DNA from: a virus
Length of the DNA stretch: 64,000 bases
IMG/VR virus record: IMGVR_UViG_3300044974_000943
Direction: 5' to 3' (one strand)
Under the pieces are notes generated by a model. That model was not told where the DNA came from. It saw only the letters and a list, made by a program, of their open reading frames with translations, and did not search any database. The translations under genes were made by a program, and so were the position numbers. Below are positions 17,462-28,139 of the stretch, piece by piece; position 1 is the first letter of the stretch; each line of letters begins with the position of its first letter.

Positions 17462-17989
17462 ATGATTCCCAAAACACCTCCAAAGCAATATCGTATTTTT
17501 CCCGCATATATAAATTATGAGGGATTTGTAGTCCCAGAGGGTATCTACAGTGAAACAGAAATTGACATTGTAGAAGCCAGAACTAAATCTACCGCAGTTC
17601 TGGTCAACGCTAGTGAGTTCCAAGCCGTTACTCCCACCAACCTCAATCCTGATATCTCCTTCATCCCTAGCAACGACCTGACCTTCGACAACACAACCAC
17701 AATCCACACAGTCAAAAAGCTGAAAATCAATTCCGCAGAACCTTCCGAAATTGAAGCCCTCAAGTTCGTCGGCAAAGTAGCAACCCAAAAAATCACCGAA
17801 GCTCGTAAAGATGCTAAAATTGAATCATACGCACAACTAGACCGCATCGCTCCACTCAAGGGCGGCAAGAAATGGGAAGACATTGCCGTTATCGACTTTG
17901 AACTGCCCGACCCTACTCATGGTCTAGTCTACGAAGGACTCAAGACATTCGGCTACACCGCAGAAACCACAAATGGAAAATCAGCTTAA
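17462..17989 (+). CDS. Helix-hairpin-helix (ComEA-like) domain protein
   Basis: INSAEPSEIEALKFVGKVATQKITEAR...IESYAQL matches HhH. ATG 17462 preferred over TTG 17411. Confidence 0.7.
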   Translation: MIPKTPPKQYRIFPAYINYEGFVVPEGIYSETEIDIVEARTKSTAVLVNASEFQAVTPTNLNPDISFIPSNDLTFDNTTTIHTVKKLKINSAEPSEIEALKFVGKVATQKITEARKDAKIESYAQLDRIAPLKGGKKWEDIAVIDFELPDPTHGLVYEGLKTFGYTAETTNGKSA

Positions 17990-18500
17990 AGCGCCAAACC
18001 TACCCAAGATGAAACAAGGGGCAATGAAGCCACTCTTCGGAGAGCGATTGCCCCAAGCTCGTCTGGGCGCGACCAACAAGAAAAGTGGCGGTTTTACAGC
18101 ACCAGTTGTAAAGCGCCGCAAAGGTGTAATCTCAGCAGGTATGGGCAAGAACATGACATTTGCATTTATGGATACCGACCTAGCTTCTTTTAGTTCAGAC
18201 AAGCCTTCACTTCTTTTTTCTGCCTCGGAGCGTAGCGGAGTTGCCGAGTTCCTAAACTTAACTGGTCGTCAACGTTACTACTCCATCGACGACATTCCCG
18301 ACGATGAACTAGCCGAAATGACTGACCAACAAATCAACGAAGCTATCCATCGACAGCAAGAAGTCGAAGCTAAGAATAAAATTCGTGAGAGTGCCAACGC
18401 CAGAGCCAACTATCGAGCCAAACTTGATACATTCCGCGAAGGTAAGTCTGCTATTCGTCAAGGCTATCTCCCCTATGTCGGAAAACTACTCTACGGCTAA
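17973..18500 (+). CDS. Hypothetical protein, possible cargo-type (LASF, VAEF motifs)
   Basis: ORF in operon position; basic N-half and helical C-half separated by A-x-F motifs. Confidence 0.45.
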   Translation: MENQLKAPNLPKMKQGAMKPLFGERLPQARLGATNKKSGGFTAPVVKRRKGVISAGMGKNMTFAFMDTDLASFSSDKPSLLFSASERSGVAEFLNLTGRQRYYSIDDIPDDELAEMTDQQINEAIHRQQEVEAKNKIRESANARANYRAKLDTFREGKSAIRQGYLPYVGKLLYG

Positions 18501-18508
18501 ACGCAGTT

Positions 18509-19210
18509 ATGAAATACGCAAACATCTCCTCATTAACAAAAAAGCTAAAAGGTCGCCTCGAAGTTGTGCCTTTCGAGACATCTGGCATCACTGGTATCGC
18601 TACCCAAGAGATTGACGTAGACACCGTTGAGATGCTTGTAGACGAAGTTGAGTTAGGTGACATCGACACATATCTACAAATGATTTATGTGTTCCCTCTT
18701 AAGCTTACCGAGACATCTACAGTCAACTACTTGAAAATGATTGCTGAAGATATTGCAATTGCCAAAATCATTGACTTCAAATTTCCTCGTCAGACCGACG
18801 GTGAAGCTAACAATGATGGATTTAGCCAAATAACACTGCAACGTGGCTTAGATAGGCTGCAATCGCTATTTGCGGGTACTGGTATCTTCGTAGCTGGTGC
18901 AAACGCAGCACTTCAAGCTATTCAAAATGACCCTAACGCTCAGCAACAACAAAACAAAAACATCGTACTGGCTGGTGAAGAACTCAAAGCCTTCATTGGT
19001 TATGACTTCAACAATGACGGCACAAGCGACACAGACATTTTTAAAAAGAATCTCAACATCGAGCCAAGTTTCTACTGCGCTGATGACTTCAATGATGTTG
19101 TTGGTACTAACGATAGTGACTTTATCCTAGATGGAGTGCAGACTCGACGCGCTCGGTACATTCCTCCTTCTGGTAATTATCGCAATCAAGATACAATCAG
19201 TTTTTGGTAG
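18509..19210 (+). CDS. Putative head-tail adaptor (Mu gp36-like)
   Basis: MKYANISSL start and IDTYLQMIYVFPL...LKMIAEDIA resemble gp36/gp6 adaptors; position after capsid genes. Confidence 0.55.
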   Translation: MKYANISSLTKKLKGRLEVVPFETSGITGIATQEIDVDTVEMLVDEVELGDIDTYLQMIYVFPLKLTETSTVNYLKMIAEDIAIAKIIDFKFPRQTDGEANNDGFSQITLQRGLDRLQSLFAGTGIFVAGANAALQAIQNDPNAQQQQNKNIVLAGEELKAFIGYDFNNDGTSDTDIFKKNLNIEPSFYCADDFNDVVGTNDSDFILDGVQTRRARYIPPSGNYRNQDTISFW

Positions 19211-19219
19211 AGCGAATCC

Positions 19220-19702
19220 ATGTTCATAGACCGTCCCACTTACCCAATCGATTTTAAGTTTCCTGACGTAGACCTTCAGACAATTGCGGCGTACATTAGA
19301 AATGAGGTTAATATTACGTTCAGTACGCCTTTAGGCGGCAAATCAGCTATTTCCAGCTACACAGTAGACAACACCAACAAACTGCCTCTAGGGACGAATA
19401 TCTACCCACTGCTGAAGATATTTCGTAATGAGGAGTCCTCACTATTTCCAATCGGTGCAGGTGATGTAGTAAGTCTTACGATTGCTTACGTCTTAGCCTA
19501 TAGTGCCAAAGACACAGCTTCAGGGCTAACTTTCCACGTAGCCAAAGAAATCAAGCGCATTCTTCAAAATAGCGAGGTTGACGACAACATTCCCTTCACT
19601 ATAGATAAGGAACAAGGCATCACTATCAAATATGAGTCAGCCACAACCACTGACCTCATTTATGATTACGCCAAGATAAATTGTGCTGTATTTGCATATT
19701 AG
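19220..19702 (+). CDS. Putative neck/tail terminator protein
   Basis: 160 aa; YPLLKI strand; synteny only. Confidence 0.4.
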   Translation: MFIDRPTYPIDFKFPDVDLQTIAAYIRNEVNITFSTPLGGKSAISSYTVDNTNKLPLGTNIYPLLKIFRNEESSLFPIGAGDVVSLTIAYVLAYSAKDTASGLTFHVAKEIKRILQNSEVDDNIPFTIDKEQGITIKYESATTTDLIYDYAKINCAVFAY

Positions 19703-19708
19703 TAGACC

Positions 19709-19717
19709 TGATATAAT
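19709..19717 (+). promoter_or_regulatory. Extended -10 promoter
   Basis: TGATATAAT in the intergenic gap before 19754. Confidence 0.55.
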
Positions 19718-19753
19718 TAAACTAAATCTTAACGTTAAGAACACACAAAACAA

Positions 19754-20605
19754 ATGTCAAACATTCAAATTGCTTTAGGAGTAGCTAATCCTACAGTACT
19801 TACAACCCTCGACCTCAGCACAAACCCAATCAAAACAATTGGTGACTCTGAGTACGTTCCTGTAACTATCGCTGTTGCACAAGCTGACATCACCGCATCT
19901 GTCATTCCTATCGCTACCGAATCCAAACTAAAAGCTGAAGTTGCTGGTGCATTCGATAAAGTTCGTGTTGGTGACTTCATTACCGCAGTTGCGACTGGTT
20001 CCTTGACTGCAAAAAGCAACGTAGCAGTCAATAACGTGTACCTTGCTTCTGGCTTGAAAGAAATCACTTACGATGAAAACTACAACAGCACAAACCTCGG
20101 TGTGAAGTCGGGCGATGCAATCACTGTAGCTAGCGCAGGTACTGGTATTCCCGCAAACACTATCGTCACCAAAATCGACTACGCAGCCCGTAAAATCTAC
20201 ATTGACAAAGCCCTTACCGAAAGTAAAGTTGCAAGCGTCTCTGTAACCCCCAAGATTCGCGTCACAGCAGTCCGTAAATCCACTGCCGTAGCTAACCCTA
20301 ACGAAATCGACTTTGACAGCACAGTAGCGACCACAGGCGTAGCTGGCAACGTCACCATAAAGGGTGGAGCAGTTGATGGTGTGTTAACAGTTCTTCGCCT
20401 AACTCCTGTTGACAATACAGTAAATGCCAAAGCCACTCTCAGTATTTCTTCTGCAACTCTTGACGGTTCTCAGGTTGTCGGTAGCACTGAAGGTTTTAAT
20501 GGTCTGGACTACTCAGCACTGACTTACAGCAACATCGGTCAGTATCAAATTGACCTCAACAACTACCGCACCAAAGCTGGTGTAGCTGCTCCTACTGGCG
20601 CATAA
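19754..20605 (+). CDS. Virion structural protein, possibly major tail/tube-associated
   Basis: T/V/A-rich beta protein with high-expression codon style and its own promoter; upstream of the chaperones and tape measure. Confidence 0.4.
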   Translation: MSNIQIALGVANPTVLTTLDLSTNPIKTIGDSEYVPVTIAVAQADITASVIPIATESKLKAEVAGAFDKVRVGDFITAVATGSLTAKSNVAVNNVYLASGLKEITYDENYNSTNLGVKSGDAITVASAGTGIPANTIVTKIDYAARKIYIDKALTESKVASVSVTPKIRVTAVRKSTAVANPNEIDFDSTVATTGVAGNVTIKGGAVDGVLTVLRLTPVDNTVNAKATLSISSATLDGSQVVGSTEGFNGLDYSALTYSNIGQYQIDLNNYRTKAGVAAPTGA

Positions 20606-20611
20606 ACTTAA

Positions 20612-21040
20612 ATGAGTATCGAATGTGAAGGTACTAAATATTTCGCTATCTCGAACCTCTTTGTCAGAAGTTTGGATAGCGATTTTTTTACGTTCCCTGC
20701 GCCCTACCATATTGTTGTTGACTCAGACAAAGCAACAATAGAAATATGCTATGCTAGTTACCACGAAAGTCCACTTATATTGGATTACATATTTGACTTG
20801 TTTTTCTATGTGATGGCTTTTGATGGTAGGATATGCTCTTTCTTTCTTCGGTCTATACATCAGAAAGAAGACCCACGCAACGAATCTTACGGCTACAAGG
20901 CACTTTACGCTTTTCAACCAAAGCTGTCGGTGCAAAACAAATCAACTCTTAACGAAAAAACACAATTAGGACAATTTTATGGCAAGCTCCTCGACATCAA
21001 ACAAACCATCCTACCAAACCCTAGAGGTCGTTCTAGATAG
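20612..21040 (+). CDS. Hypothetical protein
   Basis: ORF in operon position. Confidence 0.5.
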   Translation: MSIECEGTKYFAISNLFVRSLDSDFFTFPAPYHIVVDSDKATIEICYASYHESPLILDYIFDLFFYVMAFDGRICSFFLRSIHQKEDPRNESYGYKALYAFQPKLSVQNKSTLNEKTQLGQFYGKLLDIKQTILPNPRGRSR

Positions 21041-21500
21041 CGGCGAAAAAGTTCGCGTAAGACGTACTCCGCAAAGCAACCTAAAGCGTTTGATTGAACT
21101 TCAAGGTGAGTTAGTAGGCAAGTATCTTGAAGTAAACGGAGCCATTTCCGAGTTATTTGTTCAAGATGACATCGTTGCACTTATCAAAGAGTATTTAGGT
21201 CTGTTACCGATTCAAGGCAAGGAAGAATCCTACTTAGACTACGAAGACCTTAAAGAAAACTGGGAGCAACTCGTTCGCTTAGTATTCAACGGCTCCATTG
21301 ACGAAAAGACCCGCAAAGTTGAAGGTACTACAGAACCAGAGGTCAGCAAGCTACATTTTTTGCCCTTCGAGCTACAACTTCAGAACCATTACCATCAGTG
21401 GAAACTGAATCAGGGCAAACTTCTTCTAGAACGGGAGAAGGAAATCGAAAGTCTAGTCGAAACCTACAAACCAAAACCAACCGAAGACTTACCGAACTAA
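20979..21500 (+). CDS. Tail assembly chaperone (gpG-like)
   Basis: Acidic helical protein two ORFs upstream of tape measure, overlapped by a -1 frame ORF. Confidence 0.55.
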   Translation: MASSSTSNKPSYQTLEVVLDSGEKVRVRRTPQSNLKRLIELQGELVGKYLEVNGAISELFVQDDIVALIKEYLGLLPIQGKEESYLDYEDLKENWEQLVRLVFNGSIDEKTRKVEGTTEPEVSKLHFLPFELQLQNHYHQWKLNQGKLLLEREKEIESLVETYKPKPTEDLPN

Positions 21501-21808
21501 ATTTCCCGCAGTTCAAAGACCCTGTAGAATTTGAAGTCAGTGATGTAATTCTTGACTGTCTTCTTTCTGCATATCCAGAGAACGCTCTGGAGCTATGGCG
21601 CACTCTTGACTATTGGGAGATTCGGACACTTTTAGCCCTCAAACGCGAAGCTTCGTATTCTCCTGATATCAAGCTGCAAGAAATAAAAAACCAGAAGTTC
21701 AACGAGTTGTTGGACAATTTAGGCAATAAGCAAATACCTTGGGAAAATCTAGACAAGCGAACCCTGAGAGGCATCAAGAAATACAGCTTCGACTTCTTCA
21801 ATAATTAG
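21398..21808 (+). CDS. Tail assembly chaperone extension (gpT-like), probably made by -1 frameshift
   Basis: -1 frame relative to 20979..21500, no convincing own start, directly before tape measure. Confidence 0.5.
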   Translation: METESGQTSSRTGEGNRKSSRNLQTKTNRRLTELNFPQFKDPVEFEVSDVILDCLLSAYPENALELWRTLDYWEIRTLLALKREASYSPDIKLQEIKNQKFNELLDNLGNKQIPWENLDKRTLRGIKKYSFDFFNN

Positions 21809-21811
21809 CGA

Positions 21812-21820
21812 TGATACAAT
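21812..21820 (+). promoter_or_regulatory. Extended -10 promoter for tape measure
   Basis: TGATACAAT in the intergenic gap. Confidence 0.5.
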
Positions 21821-21863
21821 GATTGGAGGCAACTACGTTAGTGGAAAAGAAGTGTAAGGCAAC

Positions 21864-24800
21864 ATGGCAGCACCCTCAATAGATACATCCCCATCTCAGT
21901 CAGCAATTAAAGATGCGCTCAATAAAGGCACTCTAAACATTGGTGAGGATATTCGAGGTACGCTCGGCAACGTAGCTGAACTTGATAAAAGTCTCACTAA
22001 ATTGTCGGGTACTTGGGCATCTAATATTAGTCAGACGGCTAAATTAGGTGCTTCTCTTGGTGCGCTCGGTTCTATTGCTATAAATGCCACGTTTGCTGTA
22101 GCCAACATTAGCAGTGCATTCAACAAGATTCAAGGCGCAAAAAGCATTGTAGATGGCGCTTATACTTCTGTCAAGAACTTAGTCGGTATCAGTAAGAGTC
22201 TAGATTTCAGCGAAGCAATTCTTGGCACAAAAGAGTTTGGTGCGAACATCAAGATTCTTGAAAAGACTACTGACGGTGTATTCAATCGCATCGGTACTGC
22301 CAGTCAAATCATCTTCGACAACAGTTCATATCAAAAGTGGTCTATCGGCGCGGTTGCTGCGTATAGCAAAGTTGAGAGTGCTGCATTTCGTCTTGCCACA
22401 ATAACAACCACTAGCGAGGAATCTGCTCTCAGTGCGGTTGGCGCTCGTATCAAGGCGTTGCGCGAACTTCAGCGCGAGACAAATTTTGCTACAAACTCTA
22501 CACAAACCCTCAATGCCCAATATGACGTTGCTTCTGCGGGTTTTGCCTCCAAACTAGCTCGAAAAAGTGTTGGTAGCGCGTCTATCAACCTATCTGAAGT
22601 TGGTTTTGCTGATATTGAAGGAACCAATCAAGGGATTGTCAAGATTCTTTCTGCCAATAAGAACTTAGGGGATAGCTTCAGAGATGCCGATAAACGGGCT
22701 TCACAACTGTTTGCGACTACTAAGGTAGGTATTCTCACCCTCAATCAGTTAAACAGCGAAGCGGCTGAATTAGCGTCAACTGGTGTAGGTGCTGGTGTTG
22801 CATTTGAGGAAATGGCTACGGCTTTGGCTCTTGTCACTACACAAGGTCTATCTGCTGGCGAAGGTTCCACTGCGATTCGTTCGCTTGTTTCTGAGATTGT
22901 TAATAATAGCTCAAAGGCGCAGGAAGCTTTAGGTATTCTCAGAGATGAAGCTGGTAAGCCAATTCAATTTGGTTTTGGGGCGCTCAAGCAAGATGGTCTG
23001 ATTAGCATCATCGAGCGTTTGGGTAAAGCAACTGGCGGAAGTCGCGATGCTCTTAATAGAATCTTCAGTTCGAGCGAAGCAGTCAAAGCGGCTAACGCAT
23101 TATTACAGTCGGGTGGTGAGAATCGTAAAAGCTTCCGACAAACTATTGATGAAGCAGGTAGCAGTACTGGTCAGGACAAGCTGAAGCAGAGCGCTAAGGA
23201 GCGTGGCGAGACACTTGAGGGTACATTCAGGTCTTCGTTCAACAAATCACAAGCTGCGGTCGAAGATTTTGGCTCTGGTGTAGGTGAATCTGTTAAAAAG
23301 AATCTGCAAGATACAAATACTTTGCTAGGGGTTCTTGCAACTAAGAGTAGTAGCAGTTTTGGCTCATTTGCAGGTCAGCTTGACGGAATTGCCAATAAGT
23401 TTCAAGCTGTCTCTGGATTCATCGGTAGCGTATTCAGTGTGGTCGCTCCACTTGCATTTTTCTCTTTTCTGTTCAAGAATCTTGGTCGCTTAGGTCAAAC
23501 AATCAAGCAAGCCCTCAAACTTGACGATGGCGATATAAAGTACGAAACTCTCGCACAAAAAATAGAAGCTGCAATTGTGAGAATTGCCAAAGCAGTTGTC
23601 TCCAAGGTCAAGGGTATTGTCCAACAAGTCAATGAAGAGATTTCCAATGTAGGTAAAGAAGTTACTAAAGGTGGGGCAAAAGCGTTAGTAGACCCTGTAA
23701 TACCCGTTTCAAAAATAGCACCTGAACCGAAAGGATTTTTTGGAGGCGTTAAGGAAGGCTTCGATAAAACTACAGGAAGTATCGGTAGACTTTACAATGC
23801 TACTGCACCTATTCGAGGCGTAATTGGAGGTGCTGCAAGAGAATTGGCTAGTTTTGCCGCATCTACTGCACTTGTCGGTGGTGCTTTTACAGTAGTTGCT
23901 ACGCTCAGTCAGGGGCTTGTCACTTCTTTAAATGCCATAACTAATGCTTCTAGTATTCCAGAAGTAAAAGAACTTGCTGAGAACCTAAAAGAATTAAAAG
24001 CACCTGAACTCGACTCTTTTGTTAAGAGTTTGACAGATAGTGGAGTACAGATTCAAGGAATGAGTAAAGATACTCAGCAACTTGTAGAGTACTTGGACAA
24101 CTTGAAACAAGCTTACAACTTTGTATCTGGTGCATCTACACAAAATAATTTAACTCAAGAAAAAGTTCAACTTGGCATACAAAAAACTACATCTTTAATC
24201 AGCCTAGACCAACAAGATATTAAAAACAAGAAATTTATCGGTAAAACTTTAGAAGAAAAAGGTGTACAACAAAAACTGGAACTGGGAATCATTCTTAATG
24301 AAGAAGATTTACAAATCGTAAAAGACAAGTACCAAAAACAGAGAGACTTGATTCAAAGCAGAGTTGCCAATATTGATATTGCGATAAAGTCTGAAAAAGA
24401 TAAGGGTCAGTATGGGTCTAGGGATGTCTTAGTAGGATTAGAAGCCCAAAGAGAAAGTCTGGTAGCGGAAGGTAAAGTACTAGACGATAACACCAAATCA
24501 CAAGAAAAGCGTGTAATACTAGAAAACCAACTAAGAAGACTCCAAAGTTTTGATAGTAAGATTCCTCTAGCTATCACTACTGGTCAGGCATTCGCAACCT
24601 CTACAAAAGCACAATTCAATCAACTTAAAGAATCTTTAAACAAGGTTTTCACAGTAGATAAAATTGACATATCTAAAATTGATATTAGGGATTACGAGAA
24701 ACTTTTACCTCAACTACAAGGCGCACTTAGCAACATCACCATACAGGCAAGTATAGACCCTAGTGGTGCTGTAGAAGCTTTAAAGAAAATCACAGAAGAT

Positions 24801-27683
24801 GCTGATATAGCTAAGTTTGCAGCAGCAGACCCAACTGCCCAAAAAGCTGTAGACGAAACATTCAAAGCTGTAGCAGAAAAAGCTATTGGATATAACAATG
24901 CAGTAACTAACTCCTACTCAAAGCTCTTTTCTGTACTTTCTGGTATTGGTGCAATTGGTGGTGAGGCTATTGGTCAGGCTACTTCGCGTAACCTAGAGGC
25001 AATACGAAAAAATATTGCCACATTAAAGAACGGACTTGACAAGCCTAACATTGATGCAAAAGATTACGCTGAAACACTTAGCAAGATTGCAGATTTAAGT
25101 GCAGAAGCCTTCAATGTAAAAAATGCTGGACAAATAACTGAAGAGCTTGGCAAGCGTAAACAATTACTCACTTTCAACCAGAGTCTTTTGGAAGTGCAGA
25201 AAAATATCTTATCCAATTTTGCCCAAGAAAGTAAGTTCGGCTCATTGTCCGTCTCGTTGGCGCAAGCAAAGCTAGCTGCGGCAGAAAAGGAATTGTCTGT
25301 TAAGCAAGAGTCTCTGGCTATATCGGCGCGAGAAGAAGAGATAACTAAAAGCAATATCCTAAAAGCGGCTCAGGCTGAAGTTGGAAACAGAGCGCAATTA
25401 TTGCAATCGGTACTCAAAGCAGGTAATATATCTGAAAAAGATGCTCAATCCAAATTCGGTGTTGGGCAAAAAATAGACCTGTTTAGTAAAGAGGATGTAG
25501 ATAAAAGAGTAGCTGAACAAAACAAAAAAATAGCAGCTAGCCAAAAAGACCTAGATACGAGTAAAAATTTAGGAAGCAAGAACCTTTTTGCCATCACACC
25601 TGAGCAAGCGGCTGAGTTGCGGAGTAAGTTGGTTCAGGAAGAGTTACAAAAGATAAGTAATACCCCTAATTATGGTGGGGCGTTTGCTTCTTCTAGTCAA
25701 GTTAATGAACAAGCCAACTCGATTGTTGATTTAAAATTTAACTCTCTTGTTAAAAATCTTGTAAATGGTAATGTCGCATTCAGTACTGGCTCTGAAGCTG
25801 GGCGAGATTTAGTTCAAGCAAGTATAAAACAGACTCAAGAAAATGAAAAAGCCAACTCGATTGTTGATTTAAAATTTAACTCTCTTGTTAAAAATGTCAA
25901 TGGTCAAAATCTTGTAAATGGTAATGTCGCATTCAGTACTGGCTCTGAAGCTGGGCGAGATTTAGTTCAAGCAAGTATAAAACAGACTCAAGAAAATGAA
26001 AAAGCTCTAGTTGAGTCTATCAAAAAACTTACAGAGTCTAGGGACGGTATCACAGGAAGCTCTAGTCAACTAAAAGAGCGCGTTGGTAACATTGACATCG
26101 AAAGTGCCAAGAAAGTTGTCCAGCAAGCCGAACAAGACCTCAAGTTCACAGTTGTCGCTAATCGCCTCAAACAAGAGATTGGCGCGTTAGCCGAGACTAT
26201 TGCACGTAATGAAGCTGCCATTGATGCATCGTTCGCACCTCAACAACGACTTGCAGATATCTCAAAAGGGGTAGGCGACGCATTCAATTCTCTGGGTTCG
26301 ACTGCCTCATCCCTCTTTTCTGCCTCTTCGCTAGGTGCGGTCTTCAGTAATATCGGTTCCAAATTTGGTGACAAGCTCAATCAAATTCTGATAGATGCCA
26401 ACAAGGACATTTCCAAGTCAGCAGCTAAGGTAAATACTCTCAGAGCTACCAGAGACAGAGTTGCAGCAGCAGAGCTAGATGCCTTAAAACAAGGGCGCTC
26501 AGACCCAGATTTGAACAAAGCCGAGAAAGACCTTAGTAAACAGCTTAAGTCTGCTCAGATTGAATATGACCGTGATGTTCAGTATGTAAAGCAACGCACT
26601 ATTCTCGAAGGTGTCAATGCTTCACTTGAACGATTCAATGCCATCGCAAGAGAAGGTTCTGACAAGCTTGAGAAGGTCGCAACACTAGCTAATGCTCGAT
26701 TAGACCTACAAGGACGTAGGGAGGCTTCCACAGTCCAAAGCAATCAAGCTACGCGAGGTTTCAGTTCATCAGTTCTTGGTTTGTTCGGTCAAAATAACCC
26801 TGCGGCTCAAGCGCTAATTGGTCGTAACGAAATTCTTGCAACTATCGAGAAAACACAAGCTGATAAGAATGAAGCTGGTCGTGCTGGTGAGAAAGAACTT
26901 AACACACTTCAAGTTCAGGAGCAACAACTAAAAACTGAAGAGACTATGTTGGTCAATGCGTTGACTCAGACTAAGTTGTTATCGGTACTGGTTTCTAAAC
27001 TTGACCCAAGTAGCGGTATTCAAGTTGGCGACATTAGTGGTGTAAATCAGTTCATTGGTGACATCCCTAAAAACATCGCTGATGCTCAGAAACAGACTCT
27101 TGGCTCCTTAGCTCTGAATAGGGAGACGCAAAGTTTTGTAAGACAAGATACGTTCAGCAAAATCAACAACATTGGCTTAAATGGTCAGAGTCAAATTCTC
27201 GATATTGCCCAACGAAACCCTAGTGGTGGCTTGGTATCTATTGACCTTGTTAGTAAAGCACTAAGTACTGGCTTTGCTACTCAACAGCCTATCCAAAATA
27301 TCACTAACCGTACACCCTTTGGGGCAGACTTCGAGGCAACTCAAAGACAACTGCAAACTATTGGCGGCAGCACTAGAGATTCTGTTCAACAGCAAGCACA
27401 GCAACTTCAAGACCAGATAAACAAAGAGACTCGCAAGATTACTAATGATTTTCGTGACGCTTCGCCTAACAAGCCCCAGACCACTAGCTCAATTTCTGGT
27501 CAACAGAGCCTCAACTTGACAATCAACAACCAAGTCACGATTGACGGTGTGAAAACTACACTAACTGGAGACGCTGCTGGTAGATTTGGCGATATCTCGA
27601 AACAATTCAATGATATAGCTGTGAAAGCATTTACCAAGTTCGGTAGAGACTTTAATGATTTGACCAAGAGTTATGTCACTTAA
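21864..27683 (+). CDS. Tail tape measure protein
   Basis: 1939 aa, helical and A/S/K/L-rich, with a TP901-type core (YDVASAG...GVAFEEMATALALVTTQGLSAGEGSTAIRSLV). Confidence 0.9.
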   Translation: MAAPSIDTSPSQSAIKDALNKGTLNIGEDIRGTLGNVAELDKSLTKLSGTWASNISQTAKLGASLGALGSIAINATFAVANISSAFNKIQGAKSIVDGAYTSVKNLVGISKSLDFSEAILGTKEFGANIKILEKTTDGVFNRIGTASQIIFDNSSYQKWSIGAVAAYSKVESAAFRLATITTTSEESALSAVGARIKALRELQRETNFATNSTQTLNAQYDVASAGFASKLARKSVGSASINLSEVGFADIEGTNQGIVKILSANKNLGDSFRDADKRASQLFATTKVGILTLNQLNSEAAELASTGVGAGVAFEEMATALALVTTQGLSAGEGSTAIRSLVSEIVNNSSKAQEALGILRDEAGKPIQFGFGALKQDGLISIIERLGKATGGSRDALNRIFSSSEAVKAANALLQSGGENRKSFRQTIDEAGSSTGQDKLKQSAKERGETLEGTFRSSFNKSQAAVEDFGSGVGESVKKNLQDTNTLLGVLATKSSSSFGSFAGQLDGIANKFQAVSGFIGSVFSVVAPLAFFSFLFKNLGRLGQTIKQALKLDDGDIKYETLAQKIEAAIVRIAKAVVSKVKGIVQQVNEEISNVGKEVTKGGAKALVDPVIPVSKIAPEPKGFFGGVKEGFDKTTGSIGRLYNATAPIRGVIGGAARELASFAASTALVGGAFTVVATLSQGLVTSLNAITNASSIPEVKELAENLKELKAPELDSFVKSLTDSGVQIQGMSKDTQQLVEYLDNLKQAYNFVSGASTQNNLTQEKVQLGIQKTTSLISLDQQDIKNKKFIGKTLEEKGVQQKLELGIILNEEDLQIVKDKYQKQRDLIQSRVANIDIAIKSEKDKGQYGSRDVLVGLEAQRESLVAEGKVLDDNTKSQEKRVILENQLRRLQSFDSKIPLAITTGQAFATSTKAQFNQLKESLNKVFTVDKIDISKIDIRDYEKLLPQLQGALSNITIQASIDPSGAVEALKKITEDADIAKFAAADPTAQKAVDETFKAVAEKAIGYNNAVTNSYSKLFSVLSGIGAIGGEAIGQATSRNLEAIRKNIATLKNGLDKPNIDAKDYAETLSKIADLSAEAFNVKNAGQITEELGKRKQLLTFNQSLLEVQKNILSNFAQESKFGSLSVSLAQAKLAAAEKELSVKQESLAISAREEEITKSNILKAAQAEVGNRAQLLQSVLKAGNISEKDAQSKFGVGQKIDLFSKEDVDKRVAEQNKKIAASQKDLDTSKNLGSKNLFAITPEQAAELRSKLVQEELQKISNTPNYGGAFASSSQVNEQANSIVDLKFNSLVKNLVNGNVAFSTGSEAGRDLVQASIKQTQENEKANSIVDLKFNSLVKNVNGQNLVNGNVAFSTGSEAGRDLVQASIKQTQENEKALVESIKKLTESRDGITGSSSQLKERVGNIDIESAKKVVQQAEQDLKFTVVANRLKQEIGALAETIARNEAAIDASFAPQQRLADISKGVGDAFNSLGSTASSLFSASSLGAVFSNIGSKFGDKLNQILIDANKDISKSAAKVNTLRATRDRVAAAELDALKQGRSDPDLNKAEKDLSKQLKSAQIEYDRDVQYVKQRTILEGVNASLERFNAIAREGSDKLEKVATLANARLDLQGRREASTVQSNQATRGFSSSVLGLFGQNNPAAQALIGRNEILATIEKTQADKNEAGRAGEKELNTLQVQEQQLKTEETMLVNALTQTKLLSVLVSKLDPSSGIQVGDISGVNQFIGDIPKNIADAQKQTLGSLALNRETQSFVRQDTFSKINNIGLNGQSQILDIAQRNPSGGLVSIDLVSKALSTGFATQQPIQNITNRTPFGADFEATQRQLQTIGGSTRDSVQQQAQQLQDQINKETRKITNDFRDASPNKPQTTSSISGQQSLNLTINNQVTIDGVKTTLTGDAAGRFGDISKQFNDIAVKAFTKFGRDFNDLTKSYVT
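25711..26005 (+). repeat. In-frame tandem duplication in tape measure (period 138 bp)
   Basis: Two copies of ANSIVDLKFNSLVKN...QTQENEK, identical except for a 15-bp insertion (GTCAATGGTCAAAAT) in copy 2. Confidence 0.95.
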
Positions 27684-27726
27684 TCCAGAGTGATATACTT
27701 AGAGAAAATAGTGAAGAAAAACAACT

Positions 27727-28134
27727 ATGGCATTAAACGTCCAACAAACCAAGCTCTACGGCATCCCAGTGCCGTCGGACAAAATTACGGCTGGGGAACT
27801 GGCAATCGATAGTACCATCGCCAACTTAGGTGACTTCTCTATCGGCGCATCGGTAGTTGCTGTTACTTGGACTTTTGATTTTGGAGGTATCTCCCTTACC
27901 AAAGTGCAAGAAATCAAAGCTGATGCAAACGCCAACTCTGAAGCTATGTTGCTGAACCAAGTCAACTTGACAGCAGGTACTGGTCTTGTCGGTGGTCAAA
28001 CTTACCGTGAGTACACCCTATATCCTTTCTCCTTTGAAGAAAAAGGTGGTATTCGAGTTGGGGCAAGTGATGAATCTCTCAAGAGCTTCCCTGTTACTTT
28101 CGTTACCAACGAATATCGCTCTAAGATTGGGTAA
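27727..28134 (+). CDS. Putative distal tail/baseplate protein
   Basis: Directly after tape measure; TGATATACT promoter at 27691-27699. Confidence 0.4.
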   Translation: MALNVQQTKLYGIPVPSDKITAGELAIDSTIANLGDFSIGASVVAVTWTFDFGGISLTKVQEIKADANANSEAMLLNQVNLTAGTGLVGGQTYREYTLYPFSFEEKGGIRVGASDESLKSFPVTFVTNEYRSKIG

Positions 28135-28139
28135 TCCTA

